Positions 1 through 11,267 of a DNA stretch of 64,000 nt are shown here, piece after piece. The translations under genes and the position numbers were made by a program. Where the stretch lies: NCBI RefSeq assembly GCF_033153115.1, contig NW_026889761.1:12462001-12526000 (forward strand), read 5' to 3'. The notes under the pieces are model-generated. The model was not told the DNA's origin. It ran no database searches and worked only from the letters and a program-made list of their open reading frames with translations. Each line of letters starts with the position of its first letter. The first letter of the stretch is position 1. This DNA is from Saccostrea echinata (taxonomy: Eukaryota).

Positions 1-22
1 GAAAATTTAAAAAAAAAATTAC

Positions 23-1745
23 CTTATACAGAAGTTGATGATGGTAAAATGCACGGGAACACCCTGTTACTAAGTTTATAAACTTCGCTCCGGTGGCAAA
101 CTTACTCCAAGACGCGCCAGATAACAGTACCATCAATTGTATTAGCAGCGCCACCAGACTCTTCCCACCATAAAAAGGGGTCGAAATCCATTTGTTCTTG
201 TGGGAATTCTATTTTTCAAAAATGTATAAAATCAACTTTCATCCAAAATTATTACAAAATCATTGAGATGATCAGATAAGTGTAAGTTTATACCCCACCC
301 CTTTTCCTGTCTTGTATATTCGTGTAATAAAAGAATTTCTTCAATTTACTTTCCTCCACCTAATGCTATTTTTATGAACCCTTCTGTTCTACTTTTGTTT
401 ATCCTTTGTAAAATAGACCAGGATTGTTTTTTTAAAGTGTACATGTATTTTTTTTTATAATCATCTTATACATTTTAAATTCTTTTATAATATGTACGGA
501 TCTCAAATTGGTCAATGCAAAACGTAGTTATGTCTAATAATCAATTTACTTTTTAAAAAATTCATTCTATTGCATTTTATTTTCATTTTTTTTTTCTTTT
601 TTTACAGAATAAGGTTAGTCAGTGAACTATTTCGTTTCTAATTGATGTCAGACACCTCTCGTATATAAATGTTTTGATCAATGGAAATATCACACAAAGA
701 TGATTGGAAACCTGGATTTGTTTTTTTCTTTTTTGTATACATACAACGCAGAGGTACTGGTATTTTATACCAGCAGCAATCTTCTCCCCTTCTTGTATGG
801 TAGAATTATCAATGCGCTCTCCACACTCTGAACACGTTGATCTTTCTATAAGGTAGAGAATTTCCCTTTCGCCGACGATAAACCTCCTGTCCTTTACAAG
901 ATGGATTTCCTCGTCTTGCTCGTTTCTCCTTCAAACATAAATGAGTAATGTAGCGTATATAAATATAGATAAAGATTTTATAAGCGCTTTTGATTATGTG
1001 GCGCAGAGAGAGAGAGAGAGGGGGCTCATACTCGTGCCATATAGCTTCATCTGCGTCGTTTTCTCCCTCTGTATCTACATCTTCTGGATCCATGGTCTCG
1101 TTTGCATCATCGTCACCAAATATTTCTCGTAGTAATTTTTCCACTGTACTTTCACATTCCTACGTATACATGCATATTTTTATTGAGAATAATAGAGTTA
1201 TTAACGATGAAAGAATATAATTTGAGAGATATTGAACCTTTATTTCCTTAAAAAATGACTACATGCATACATATGAATATTTTTATTTCACACAAATTCT
1301 TTATAAGGCATAAAGTGCATGGATTGTTCCAAAAAGTATTTAATCCATTTTCCCGCTTCATATAATAATGATAGTACAGAAGCTACTTTTTTTGTAGAAA
1401 TTGATTTTTTAAAAAAATCATAGTACATGAAAAGGGCGAAGAAATGATTATAATATAGATGAATTCATACACTGTAATCAATCAGATGCAGGATGATTTT
1501 TGTTTGTTTGTTTCTTTTGTTTTTTTTTCTACACACAATGACTACAAAGTTATATCATTTTACATCTTTTCAAAGTGGTTCAGGGTTGGTGGCCTTCTTT
1601 TTTTTTTTTTAAATGAAATTGAAACTCTGACAGAGATCCTTTTTCAGAGGGCAGACCATAAAAAAAATAATAAAAATAAAAAAATAAAAATTATCACCTC
1701 TGTATCTGAAGTCTCTTCCTCAGATTCCATCATGTTCACAGAAAC
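23..1745 (-). CDS. Spliced Kolobok-like DNA transposase, N-terminal part; continues beyond the window start
   Basis: Exons with AG/GT boundaries and consistent phase: 1745-1698, 1159-1032, 928-745, 208-23. They translate to ...MMESEEETSDTE ECESTVEKLL...WHE RNEQDEEIHLVKDRRFIVGEREILYLIERSTCSECGERIDNSTIQEGEKIAAGIKYQYLCV NSHKNKWISTPFYGGKSLVALLIQLMVLLSGASWSKFATGAKFINLVTGCSRAFYHHQLLYK. The pattern FIV.E..L....CxxC...C..H...W.S.P...SG.S..K...F..H matches my recollection of the region preceding the catalytic domain in Kolobok transposases. The catalytic domain is not in the window. Confidence 0.65.
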
Positions 1746-1841
1746 CTTTATAAATAAAAGTGATTGAAATTCTACACAAATTCAGGTGTCCAAGCTTATG
1801 CTTTATTTCGACATCTGATTTTTGTACGTTTAAATTGTACG

Positions 1842-1885
<44 letters not shown>

Positions 1886-3919
1886 TGAAATTTCCTCAAA
1901 TATACCGGCTTACATTTTGCCTATTAACCCCATTGAAAAATGAAAGAAAGGCAAGAATTCATCTGAAAACATGCACCCTCACATTCATGTAATATATATA
2001 AATCTGCCCCCCCCCCCCCCCCCCCCGGGAGTTCTGCAGAATATCATACAGACTAGTTAAAATGTGTAGAACATAAAAGACAGAGACCATTTTCTCTTTG
2101 TTTTAAATACTTCTTGCAAAACCTTTAAATAATTAGCAGGAGGATGTATTTGAATTATTGAATATATTCATTGAATAAAAAAAATAATAACCGATCCTTT
2201 TGAGAGGCATGCGCACGAAAATGGAAATAATTATGTTATCTATTTTTAGCAAAACTGGATTGTCAAGTGACTTGTCAACATGTCGGAAGGGCGTGAATGT
2301 GCTCTGGATGTATTTCGTAAAAGAATTTGGATACTTTATTCTAATCGTTTTTATGCTTATTTCTACTTACCGTTGGATCCACCAAACTTGTACTGTCTCC
2401 ACAAATTGTCCACTTTCGTAGTGTTCGATGTGTGTCTCTCACTGCAGTTCGATTGTAATAACGTGTAAGTTATTAGTGTGTGTCAAAACATTATTTACTC
2501 AATCCTGATTTTATTTATTTTTTTACTAATTATTATTTTTACTCATTTCTGATTTACGATTAGTGTTACATTTTGTATTACTTGAATGAAATAGAAATCC
2601 CCATAGACAGTACAGGTTTGACATACCTATCAATGTATACACTAGGCCTTTTAGGTCAGTGTGCATCAGCCCGTGACGATGACCAAACGTCTTATATATG
2701 GAATTGAGATATTAGTAGAGAAGAGAAATAGTGCCGACACCGTATCGCATGTAATACGCATAACGCTTTATATTCTTGCGCGATAGCTTTAACACCGGTT
2801 CAAGTTTCTGGCAAAGTCTATTCTATATATTAAATGTACTAAACTTTATGCATGATACTTTTAGGAATGCTTTCTAGTTAAGATTTATATTTTTCTGATT
2901 ACTTAATTATAAATCTTACAATGGTAAGCTTATGTAACTAATTATCTTATTGTCACATTAAAATCTACACGTTCCTAATCGAACACGCAAGCAATTTATA
3001 TTTACCTGTGGGGAGCCTCCATTTTTACCGGGTTTATGTTACCCTGTTTTATACCTCAAATCACCGGACCTTTAAAATATTTGTAAGCCCGTGCTTGAGT
3101 TTGGACACGGCAGTCCTGGGAGAAGGACGTTTTCAAAACTTCTCAAGATCTGTTTGATTTATCTTATACACATGGCAGACCACTGAGGGTTTTACTTGTT
3201 TAGAATTTAGTTGTATGGTCCTGCTTCTCTGAGGTAAGCCTTATTTGTGTTTGTTTTTAATATTTTATAAAGTTGTAAACATCTCAAAACACCCAGATAC
3301 GGAATTTCTAAAATATGCAACTTTAAGCTATTCTATTTGATATTTTTAAGTTCTGTTATTTATAGTTACTCGAAAATGTTTGAGTCTTAATTGTACGGTG
3401 GATTGTTTGTGTCTTTATTTGTCGGTTCTACGTTCTGTAATAACTATTGTATAGTAAAGCATTTATTGCGTTGTACATATTGTACTCACGGAGTAAGTTG
3501 TATGTCTATATTATTCTGTGTATGATATTTTAACAGGTCTCATTCCTGTATAGTAGTGTAGAGATGGCGGCCGGTACCAGTCACATCTCATAGTCTTGAA
3601 CGCAAGACGGACGTGTAACCTCCTCGGCACTGGAGAGGGGGAAGTGTAAACCTTTCTCGGCACTGGAGAGGGGTGTCTGAGCCTCATTAGCGGCAAGAGA
3701 CTGTAGTGTAGCCTAAACACCGTGTGGAACAAAACCATAGACGTAGTAGACATTCTAGGGACACGGACGACCACACACCAAACCAGTTTATTATGTTGTA
3801 TAATATTATTATGCCCCGCCATGAATATGGCTGGGGCATATAGTGTTTGTCATGTCCGTCTTCCGTCCTTCCGTCCTTCTGTCCTTCCGTCCTTCCGTCT
3901 GTCCTTCCATCACACTTTG

Positions 3920-4765
3920 CGTTTAGCTCTGTTCAAAGCTCAGTTTCAAAGATACCATTCAAGATATTTTTATCAAACTTCATATGCTGATAGATATTGA
4001 TGAGAGCTATGCAACTGCATCAACATTTTTTGACCTTGACCTTTCCTTTGACCTTGACCTCACTTTTCTTAAATTAGTGTTTAGCTCAGTTTTAAAGATA
4101 CCATTCAAGGTAGTGTAATCAAACTTCATATGTTGATGCATACTGATGTAAGCTATTCAACTGCAACAACATTTTTGACCTTGACCTTTCTTTTGACCTT
4201 GACCTCACTTTTCTTAAATTAGTGTTTAGCTCAGTTTTAAAGATACCATTCAAGATAATGTAATCAAACTTCATTTGTTGATACATACTGATGTAAGCTA
4301 TTCAACTGCATCAACGTTTTTTGACCTTGACCTTTCTTTTGACCTTGACCTCACTTTTCTTAAATTAGTGTTTAGCTCAGTTTTAAAGATACCATTCAAG
4401 ATAATGTAATCAAACTTCATTTGTTGATACATACTGATGTAAGCTATTCAACTGCATCAACGTTTTTTGACCTTGACCTTTCTTTTGACCTTGACCTCAC
4501 TTTTCTTAAATTAGTGTTTAGCTCAGTTTTAATGAAAGCATTCAAGATATTTTTAACAAACTTCATATGCTGATACATAATGATGAGAGCTATTCAACTG
4601 CATCAATATTTTTTACCTTGACCTTTCCTTTGACCTTGACCTCACTTTTCTGAAATAAGTTTTAGCTCAGTTTTAAAGATACCATTCAAGATAGTGTTAT
4701 CAAACTTCATATGCTGATACATACTGATGAGAGCTATTCAACTGCATCAACATTTTTTGACCTTG
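3920..4765. repeat. ~146-bp tandem repeat (about 6 units), left part of the array; resumes at 11268-11665
   Basis: The anchor CAAC(A/G)TTTTT(T)GACCTTGACC recurs at about 4021, 4167, 4312, 4458, 4604 and 4748. Confidence 0.95.
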
Positions 4766-5156
4766 TGTGGCAAATCACAATCACACGGAAATCTTCTTTA
4801 TCATTTATTATGGCGATTAAAGGCAAATAACAAATCCACAGGGGTTAACAATCACAATACCACATTGGCTAAGATATTCAGAATGTTTTCTGATATATAC
4901 TTAATCTTTGTTTCAATCTAATCTCAATCTTTTTCTCAATCTGAACTATGATCACAAAAATTGTCACTTATATACTATGAGGGAAACATCTAGAAATAGA
5001 AAGTTCTGTAAAATTCTAGGTCATCATATTCTCACATATTCTAGAGAATTCTTGATTATTCATTCAAGTAATATGTAGAACATTCTAGATTTCACATAAT
5101 TAAATCAATTCATTAAATTTCTATAAATGTTCTTGAAATTGCGACTGTTCGCAACA
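4766..5156 (-). repeat. 3' LTR of the BEL/Pao element
   Basis: Direct repeat of 10877-11267. Confidence 0.97.
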
Positions 5157-5179
5157 CTCCCAAGGCCAAGGAAAGTCTG

Positions 5180-6200
5180 TCATGAATTTAATTGTTCTTT
5201 AATCAGTTTTGTGGCTTTTTCAGCAGCCTGTCTCTTTGCTCTAGGCAACGGAGGAATATCACTGACTGTTGGTTTTTCCTTATTTGCATCACTGTCACCA
5301 TGATCTGAGTTATCGTTACATTCTATAGGATAGAGTAAATTTAAAGGTCGGTTTAATGTCCTTTTGTTGGGTAACATTACTTTTCCCGATCTGAACTGAC
5401 CATCTTGACTTACTGTCAAATCGCAAATTTTTCCGATCTTCCAACTTCCTCTAGGTAGATCTTCTTTGATAAGAACAACATCACCAATTTTTACTGGTCT
5501 ATTGTGTTGAATTCGTTTTCCTTTTAATTTATAAGATGTTCTTTCTCTTAGACTTAGAAGATATTCATCTCTCCATGTCTTCCAGAATGTATCTAAAAGT
5601 CGTTGACCTTTCTTCCAAATTGCCAACAAAGTGTTCACAGAGCTTGCATGGGGTACATAGTCTGGATCCATGGGATCAAAATTTTCACTATCTTGAAGTC
5701 CTATTTTGGGGTTCAAAGTGAGGAAATGTGCTGGAGTTAAGGTGATGTTTGAATTAATATCATCTCCAATGTAGACTAAGGGTCTAGTATTCACAACGGC
5801 TTCAGCTTCTGCAAGCATAGTTCTCATCTGCTCATTTGTTAAACAGAGTTTTCCCATAGTTTTTCTTAAGCATCGTTTGACAACACCAACCAGACGTTCA
5901 TAAAATCCTCCCATCCATGGTGCCAGTTCCACAATAAATTGCCACTGAATCTCTTCATTTGCAACATAACTTTGGACATCTTTATCAGAAGTGACTTTTT
6001 CCCAACCTTTTTCCAACACCAGGCTTGCAAGTTTGAATTGAGCACCGTTATCAGAGATGATTTGTTTTGGCTTGCCAAAACGTGCAATAAATCTTCTAAG
6101 TCCTAGTAAAAACTGTTCTGTGGACATGTCCTGCATGAGTTCAAGATGTATAGCCCTTACTACCAAGCAGGTAAATAGACACACCCATACCTTTTTTACT
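5180..6200 (-). CDS. BEL/Pao integrase core and C-terminus, in the +1 frame relative to the upstream polyprotein
   Basis: KKVWVCLFTCLVVRAIHLEL...ISDNGAQF...APWMGGFYERLVG...VNTRPL...FWKTWRDEYL...GDVVLIKE...RPLNLLYPIE are typical BEL integrase motifs. The ATG at 6271 in the ORF track is not a real start. Confidence 0.93.
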
Positions 6201-9200
6201 GCCAGTTTCTGTTTTAATGAAGATTGGTCCAAAGTAATCCACTCCGGTGTATGTAAATGGTGCTGATTCACTTACACGTTTCTTTGGTAGTGGAGGCATT
6301 AGCGGCATCTTGTAAGGACCACCCTCAAACCGCTTACAGACTGTGCATTTCTGTATTATTCTTCTTACTTCTGATCTTCCCTGTGGAATCCAGTATTCTT
6401 GACGAACCAATGATAACGTTTGGGAAACTCCGACATGAAATGATTTTTTATGGATGTAATCAATAATTAGCCCTGTCACATGGTTCTTTCTTGGAAGAAG
6501 TATGGGAGTTCTTGCTCCTTCTGACAGCTGAGCATCTTCGAGTCTTCCAATACATCTGATAATTCCTTCCTGATCTAATACCAGTCCTAGTTGACTAACT
6601 AAATTGTTTCTCCTATTTTCTTTGAGCGCGATTTTGATATCACTATAATTCTGAGTTTGAATATTCTTTATCACAAGAATTCTGGCATTCTGTAGTTCTG
6701 AGGAAGTTAGATGGTTCGCATGCATCTGAATTTTCTTCGATCTTTTGATAAACCTTAGAATCCATGCTAAAACTCGAATAAGACGTAAAAATGATGAAAA
6801 TCTGTGGTAGTCAATAATGCTTGGATATCCAGTTGAGTCGGAATCTGAATTGTTTTTACTTCCGTTAGGACTCTCCCCAGCCATCAGTTTAGCTTCATAA
6901 AGTATCTTTGGAGTCTTGCATTCTGATTCTATGGCATTTTGAACTTCTTTACAGGTTTGTTGACTGTTCCATGAAGGCCAGTCATCTCTCTTTTTAATCA
7001 ACCATTCTGGACCATTCCACCATTGTTCCAATTCTTGAAGAGTTGTAACTGTTGTTCCTCTGCTTGCAATATCAGCTGGATTATCTTTTGTAGATACATA
7101 TTGAAAATTGATATCTTTGTTGTTTCTGATTTCTTTTACTCTGTTTTCCACAAAAGTAGTTAGAGGTTTCTTCATTCTAATCCAATGCAATACACACTGG
7201 GAATCAGTCCAAAGGATCTTTTCTGTGATAGTTAACTTAAGTTGCTGTTCAACAAAGTGTACACATCTGACTCCAATGACAACAGCTAACAGTTCCAATC
7301 TAGGTAGTGTTATTTTCTTAAGTGGCACTAATCGAGTTTTTGAAAACAGCAGGTTGACTGAAGTTCTTTCATTGTTGCTCTGGTGTAAATAAACCGAACA
7401 GGCGTACGCTTTCGTTGATGCATCACAAAAGCACATTAAATTGTATGTCACCGTACCAGAAAGTCCAATAAAACGAGGAATATGAGAAATGGGAATATTA
7501 TCCAGATCTGAGGATATATTTTCCCATTGTTGTATGTCTTCTTTGGTCAGTTCTTCATCCCACTCTTTCTTTTGGTTCCATAATGTTTGTAGAAACAACT
7601 TTGTTCTCAAAGTAACTGGGGTGAAGAATCCAAGTGGATCAAAAACAGAAGCAATTCTTTGAAGGACTTTCCTCTTTGTGATAGGTGGAATCTGAGTTTC
7701 ATCCTTTGGACTGTTTATAAATATGGAGTCCTCAGAAAGTTTCCAAGATAAACCAAGAATTTTTATGGTTTCTCTGTTAGCTTGATCAGCTGGAGGAATA
7801 CACTTACTAAATTCTTTGGAGTTAGATGCCCATTCTCGTAAATTCATTGACATGACACTGAAGATTTCTTTAGCATCTGTGTATAGTTTCCTAGCCTCTG
7901 AGACGGACTCTACACCAGTGATAACATTATCTACATAGATATTACCTTTTATGTTTTCAGCTGTTGCAGTGTTGTAGTTTCCAAGATGGTAATCTAAAGT
8001 TGCAGCCAACAGAAAAGGGCTTGATATAACTCCAAATGGAACTCTCGTAAATCTATACACTTGAATATTGTTCTCTGTTGTTGGAGTGTCAATATTCTTT
8101 AACCAAAAGAATCTTGTCACATCTCTGTCTTTTCCTTGTAATTCAATCTGCAGAAATGCCTTTTCTATGTCAGCAATAATTGCAATCTTTTTCATTCTAA
8201 ATCTCAACAACAGTCCACACAAATCATTTAGCATCACTGGTCCTCTGTAAAGACATTCATTAAGGCTGTTATACTCTGGTTTTAACTTTGCTGATGCATC
8301 ATAAACGATCCGCATTTTTGTGGTAGGTTTTGTTGGATCAATAACAGCATGATGGGGTATGTAGTGTTTGACACTATTCTTTACTTCACTGTTTTTTGTC
8401 ACTTTCTCAATGATGCCTTGCTTGCACTGCTCCTGAATTATTTCATCATATTTGTGAAGTAGCTTTGGGTTCTTTTTAAGTTTTTGAATTAAAGATCTCA
8501 ACCTTCCAAAAGCAAGTTCTCTGTTCTCTGGGAGTTCAGGTTGCTCATCTTTCCATGGCCAAGTGACTTGGTATCTGCCATTGACTAGTTTTATTGTATC
8601 AGTAAAGTTTTTCAAAGCCTTGTCATCATCTGATGAGTGAGGCTGGTCTTTGATTCCAATCGTTTCCAAGTTCCAATACTCATCCAATGATGGCTTCAAG
8701 GGCAAACATTGATCGACGGAGGAATGTAGGCAATATTCTGTTGTTAAGTTATTTCCATTTACAATCAGCATTTCATGTAAATGATCTCTGGACGCCTCAA
8801 AATTTTCTTGTGTTCTTCCAGTGAGAATCCATCCTACCTTTGATGATAGTAAGTAAAGTCCAGGGTTAACTTCAATTTTCTCTGATGATACTAAATCAAG
8901 ATAATAGTCATTTCCAATAAGGATGTCTATGGTTGAATTTTCTGTAGTTTTTGGTAGAGTATCAGCAAATTGTAAATGTTTCCATTGGTGCTGCATCTTT
9001 TCAGTGATGTTAGGTGGCAACGGTCTTCTATGTATTGATCCAGTTATTTGAGGCACAACATTTGCGTCAATTCTCATGTAGTGCCCATCCTTTAGTTTAA
9101 TTCTTAAAGATACATTTGGAGTTTTTACCATCTTCGGTTTCGTTGATCCAAAGGTGATGAGTGATATTTCTTCTGTTCTTTTCCTCTGCAAATTCAACCT

Positions 9201-10811
9201 TGAAGCTAATTCCTCAGTAACATATGTTCTTTGAGACCCAGAGTCCATCAGAATTCTAATAGTTTCAACTCTCCTTCCATTCAGATCTGATGCATCAATT
9301 CTTGCAGTTTGCATTAGCACCATACTACCTGAGGACAATAGACTGTTTTCTGGTATATTGTTAACTGGTTCAGAATCAAGAATCTCTGCTTCAACAAAGT
9401 GTGAGGTTTCTCTCAAAAGCTGTATCTTCTTATTGCAGAGACTTCGGTGATGTTTCTTTGTCTGATGGCAATGGACACATGGTTTGTCTACTTTGCAGTC
9501 TATGCTCAGATGGCCTGGTTTAAGACAAATGTAACATCTTCCTTTGATCTTCTGTTTTCTTTCATCAATTGTCCTGAATTCTTTGCATTCATCACTCCAA
9601 TGATTTCGTTCACAGAAGATACAAATGGGATGTTTTCTTTCATATTTATTTCTTCTTTGTGATTCTTGAAATGATGTTGTTAATGCTTCTGCAGATGTAT
9701 GTTTTCTTTCATTTACATATGACATTCCAGGTAATGAAGTTTTTCTTGCATGTTGTTTCTCATGAGAGTCTAGATTGTCCATATCTGTAGACTCTCTGGC
9801 TACTATGTAATTATCAAGAAATATTCTCAGCTTTTGCACAGTCCACTTTTCTTTCTTTCCTTTCTGTATTTCTAATTGTAATCTGGCTTCCTTTGGTAAC
9901 TTTGTTATTATCATGGAAACAAAGACATCTTGATTTACATCCTGTTCCAAGGCTTCTAGACTACGCATATGGTTTTCTAGTTCATCCAGTAATCTACGGA
10001 GACTGGAAGTGTTATTGAGTGCAGGCTTAATGTTGATGAGGTCCATGTAATGTTTGTTTATTACAGACTGCACATCTCCGAATCGTTCCTTCAATATTGA
10101 GAGAGCTACATCATAATTTTCATGGGAGAGCATAAGGCCGGAAATAGCAGATTGTGCCGTTCCTTCCATTTTACTTTTCAAGTAGTTGAACTTCTCAATG
10201 TTGGAAAGCCTCGAGTTCTTGTGCACTGAAGCTTCAAAGGAGTCCCAGAATTCTTTCCATTTTAATTTATCTCCATTAAATGAAGGTAGTTCAAACTTTG
10301 GAAGTTTAACTACTGGAGTTTCTTTCTCTTTGTAAATCTTCTCTTTCCTGTGCAATTCCTGAATTTGGAGTTCTTTGAAATGCAAAAGTTGTTCCTGCAT
10401 TCGTGTCTGCAGATCTATCATGTGGTCTATTCTTGGGTCATTTGATGCTTCCGTCTTCAAATATGGAATGTCCATTTGCTCCAGTCTTTTTTCTTGTAGT
10501 AGAAGTTCTTCAGAGTGCTCTGTAACTTCAGAGAGCAATTCAAACAGCATCTCACTATCTTCAGTAAATTTTTCAATTTCAGACTCGTTGTCGACTTTGC
10601 CCTCTAAGGCAATGGAAAGTTCTTTCATCGTTTCCTCGAGTTTTGCACCAAAGTCCTTTAACCGCCTCAAGGAAGATTGAACCTGCCTTAACTTGGTTGT
10701 CAAATCCTCTTCTTCAGCTTCTGATGAAAGAAATGCCTTACTTTTAACCATTTCTTTGATAAGTAAATTCTTGTACCTTGTACAAAGTCCTTTCAAGTAT
10801 GAGGTTGACAT
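6141..10811 (-). CDS. BEL/Pao gag-pol polyprotein (Gag with 3 Zn knuckles, aspartic protease, RT, RNase H, integrase Zn finger)
   Basis: VKLPKFELPSFNGD gag motif; CIFCERNHWSDEC, CYICLKPGHLSIDC and CVHCHQTKKHHRSLC knuckles; LMDSGSQRTY protease; YIPHHAV, RIVYDAS, ADIEKAFLQI, PFGVISSPF and IYVDN RT motifs; FCDAS and LPRLELLA RNase H; H-H-C-C integrase domain, then GVDYFGP. Confidence 0.96.
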   Translation of the reverse strand: MSTSYLKGLCTRYKNLLIKEMVKSKAFLSSEAEEEDLTTKLRQVQSSLRRLKDFGAKLEETMKELSIALEGKVDNESEIEKFTEDSEMLFELLSEVTEHSEELLLQEKRLEQMDIPYLKTEASNDPRIDHMIDLQTRMQEQLLHFKELQIQELHRKEKIYKEKETPVVKLPKFELPSFNGDKLKWKEFWDSFEASVHKNSRLSNIEKFNYLKSKMEGTAQSAISGLMLSHENYDVALSILKERFGDVQSVINKHYMDLINIKPALNNTSSLRRLLDELENHMRSLEALEQDVNQDVFVSMIITKLPKEARLQLEIQKGKKEKWTVQKLRIFLDNYIVARESTDMDNLDSHEKQHARKTSLPGMSYVNERKHTSAEALTTSFQESQRRNKYERKHPICIFCERNHWSDECKEFRTIDERKQKIKGRCYICLKPGHLSIDCKVDKPCVHCHQTKKHHRSLCNKKIQLLRETSHFVEAEILDSEPVNNIPENSLLSSGSMVLMQTARIDASDLNGRRVETIRILMDSGSQRTYVTEELASRLNLQRKRTEEISLITFGSTKPKMVKTPNVSLRIKLKDGHYMRIDANVVPQITGSIHRRPLPPNITEKMQHQWKHLQFADTLPKTTENSTIDILIGNDYYLDLVSSEKIEVNPGLYLLSSKVGWILTGRTQENFEASRDHLHEMLIVNGNNLTTEYCLHSSVDQCLPLKPSLDEYWNLETIGIKDQPHSSDDDKALKNFTDTIKLVNGRYQVTWPWKDEQPELPENRELAFGRLRSLIQKLKKNPKLLHKYDEIIQEQCKQGIIEKVTKNSEVKNSVKHYIPHHAVIDPTKPTTKMRIVYDASAKLKPEYNSLNECLYRGPVMLNDLCGLLLRFRMKKIAIIADIEKAFLQIELQGKDRDVTRFFWLKNIDTPTTENNIQVYRFTRVPFGVISSPFLLAATLDYHLGNYNTATAENIKGNIYVDNVITGVESVSEARKLYTDAKEIFSVMSMNLREWASNSKEFSKCIPPADQANRETIKILGLSWKLSEDSIFINSPKDETQIPPITKRKVLQRIASVFDPLGFFTPVTLRTKLFLQTLWNQKKEWDEELTKEDIQQWENISSDLDNIPISHIPRFIGLSGTVTYNLMCFCDASTKAYACSVYLHQSNNERTSVNLLFSKTRLVPLKKITLPRLELLAVVIGVRCVHFVEQQLKLTITEKILWTDSQCVLHWIRMKKPLTTFVENRVKEIRNNKDINFQYVSTKDNPADIASRGTTVTTLQELEQWWNGPEWLIKKRDDWPSWNSQQTCKEVQNAIESECKTPKILYEAKLMAGESPNGSKNNSDSDSTGYPSIIDYHRFSSFLRLIRVLAWILRFIKRSKKIQMHANHLTSSELQNARILVIKNIQTQNYSDIKIALKENRRNNLVSQLGLVLDQEGIIRCIGRLEDAQLSEGARTPILLPRKNHVTGLIIDYIHKKSFHVGVSQTLSLVRQEYWIPQGRSEVRRIIQKCTVCKRFEGGPYKMPLMPPLPKKRVSESAPFTYTGVDYFGPIFIKTETGSKKGMGVSIYLLGSKGYTS

Positions 10812-10853
10812 CTTCTTCTTTTCCGTGATAATTTCTTAATTTCAGGTTCCAAC

Positions 10854-10871
10854 TCCCGGGTTCCGGCACCA
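10854..10871 (-). promoter_or_regulatory. Primer-binding site, tRNA-Phe type
   Basis: The minus strand reads TGGTGCCGGAACCCGGGA 5 nt after the 5' LTR. This is one mismatch from the complement of the animal tRNA-Phe(GAA) 3' end, recalled as TGGTGCCGAAACCCGGGA. Confidence 0.8.
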
Positions 10872-10876
10872 AACAA

Positions 10877-11267
10877 TGTGGCAAATCACAATCACACGGA
10901 AATCTTCTTTATCATTTATTATGGCGATTAAAGGCAAATAACAAATCCACAGGGGTTAACAATCACAATACCACATTGGCTAAGATATTCAGAATGTTTT
11001 CTGATATATACTTAATCTTTGTTTCAATCTAATCTCAATCTTTTTCTCAATCTGAACTATGATCACAAAAATTGTCACTTATATACTATGAGGGAAACAT
11101 CTAGAAATAGAAAGTTCTGTAAAATTCTAGGTCATCATATTCTCACATATTCTAGAGAATTCTTGATTATTCATTCAAGTAATATGTAGAACATTCTAGA
11201 TTTCACATAATTAAATCAATTCATTAAATTTCTATAAATGTTCTTGAAATTGCGACTGTTCGCAACA
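10877..11267 (-). repeat. 5' LTR of the BEL/Pao element
   Basis: Direct repeat of 4766-5156, adjacent to the PBS. Confidence 0.97.

Larger units (their letters stand above)
4766..11267 (-). mobile_element. Full-length BEL/Pao LTR retrotransposon (6502 bp)
   Basis: 391-bp LTRs at 4766-5156 and 10877-11267 with TG...CA ends; no difference found by eye. 5-bp TSD CCTTG at 4761-4765 and 11268-11272. PBS next to the 5' LTR, short purine run GGGAG before the 3' LTR, gag-pol ORF inside. Confidence 0.97.

Noticed and set aside
6057-10680. Plus-strand ORFs overlapping the BEL polyprotein
   Set aside because: Short antisense shadows of a long coding frame, with no independent evidence.
10854-10871. 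BEL element as the autonomous partner of the TRIM (both PBSs start TGGTGCCG)
   Set aside because: TSD lengths differ (5 versus 4 bp), the match ends after 8 nt, and that prefix fits more than one tRNA.
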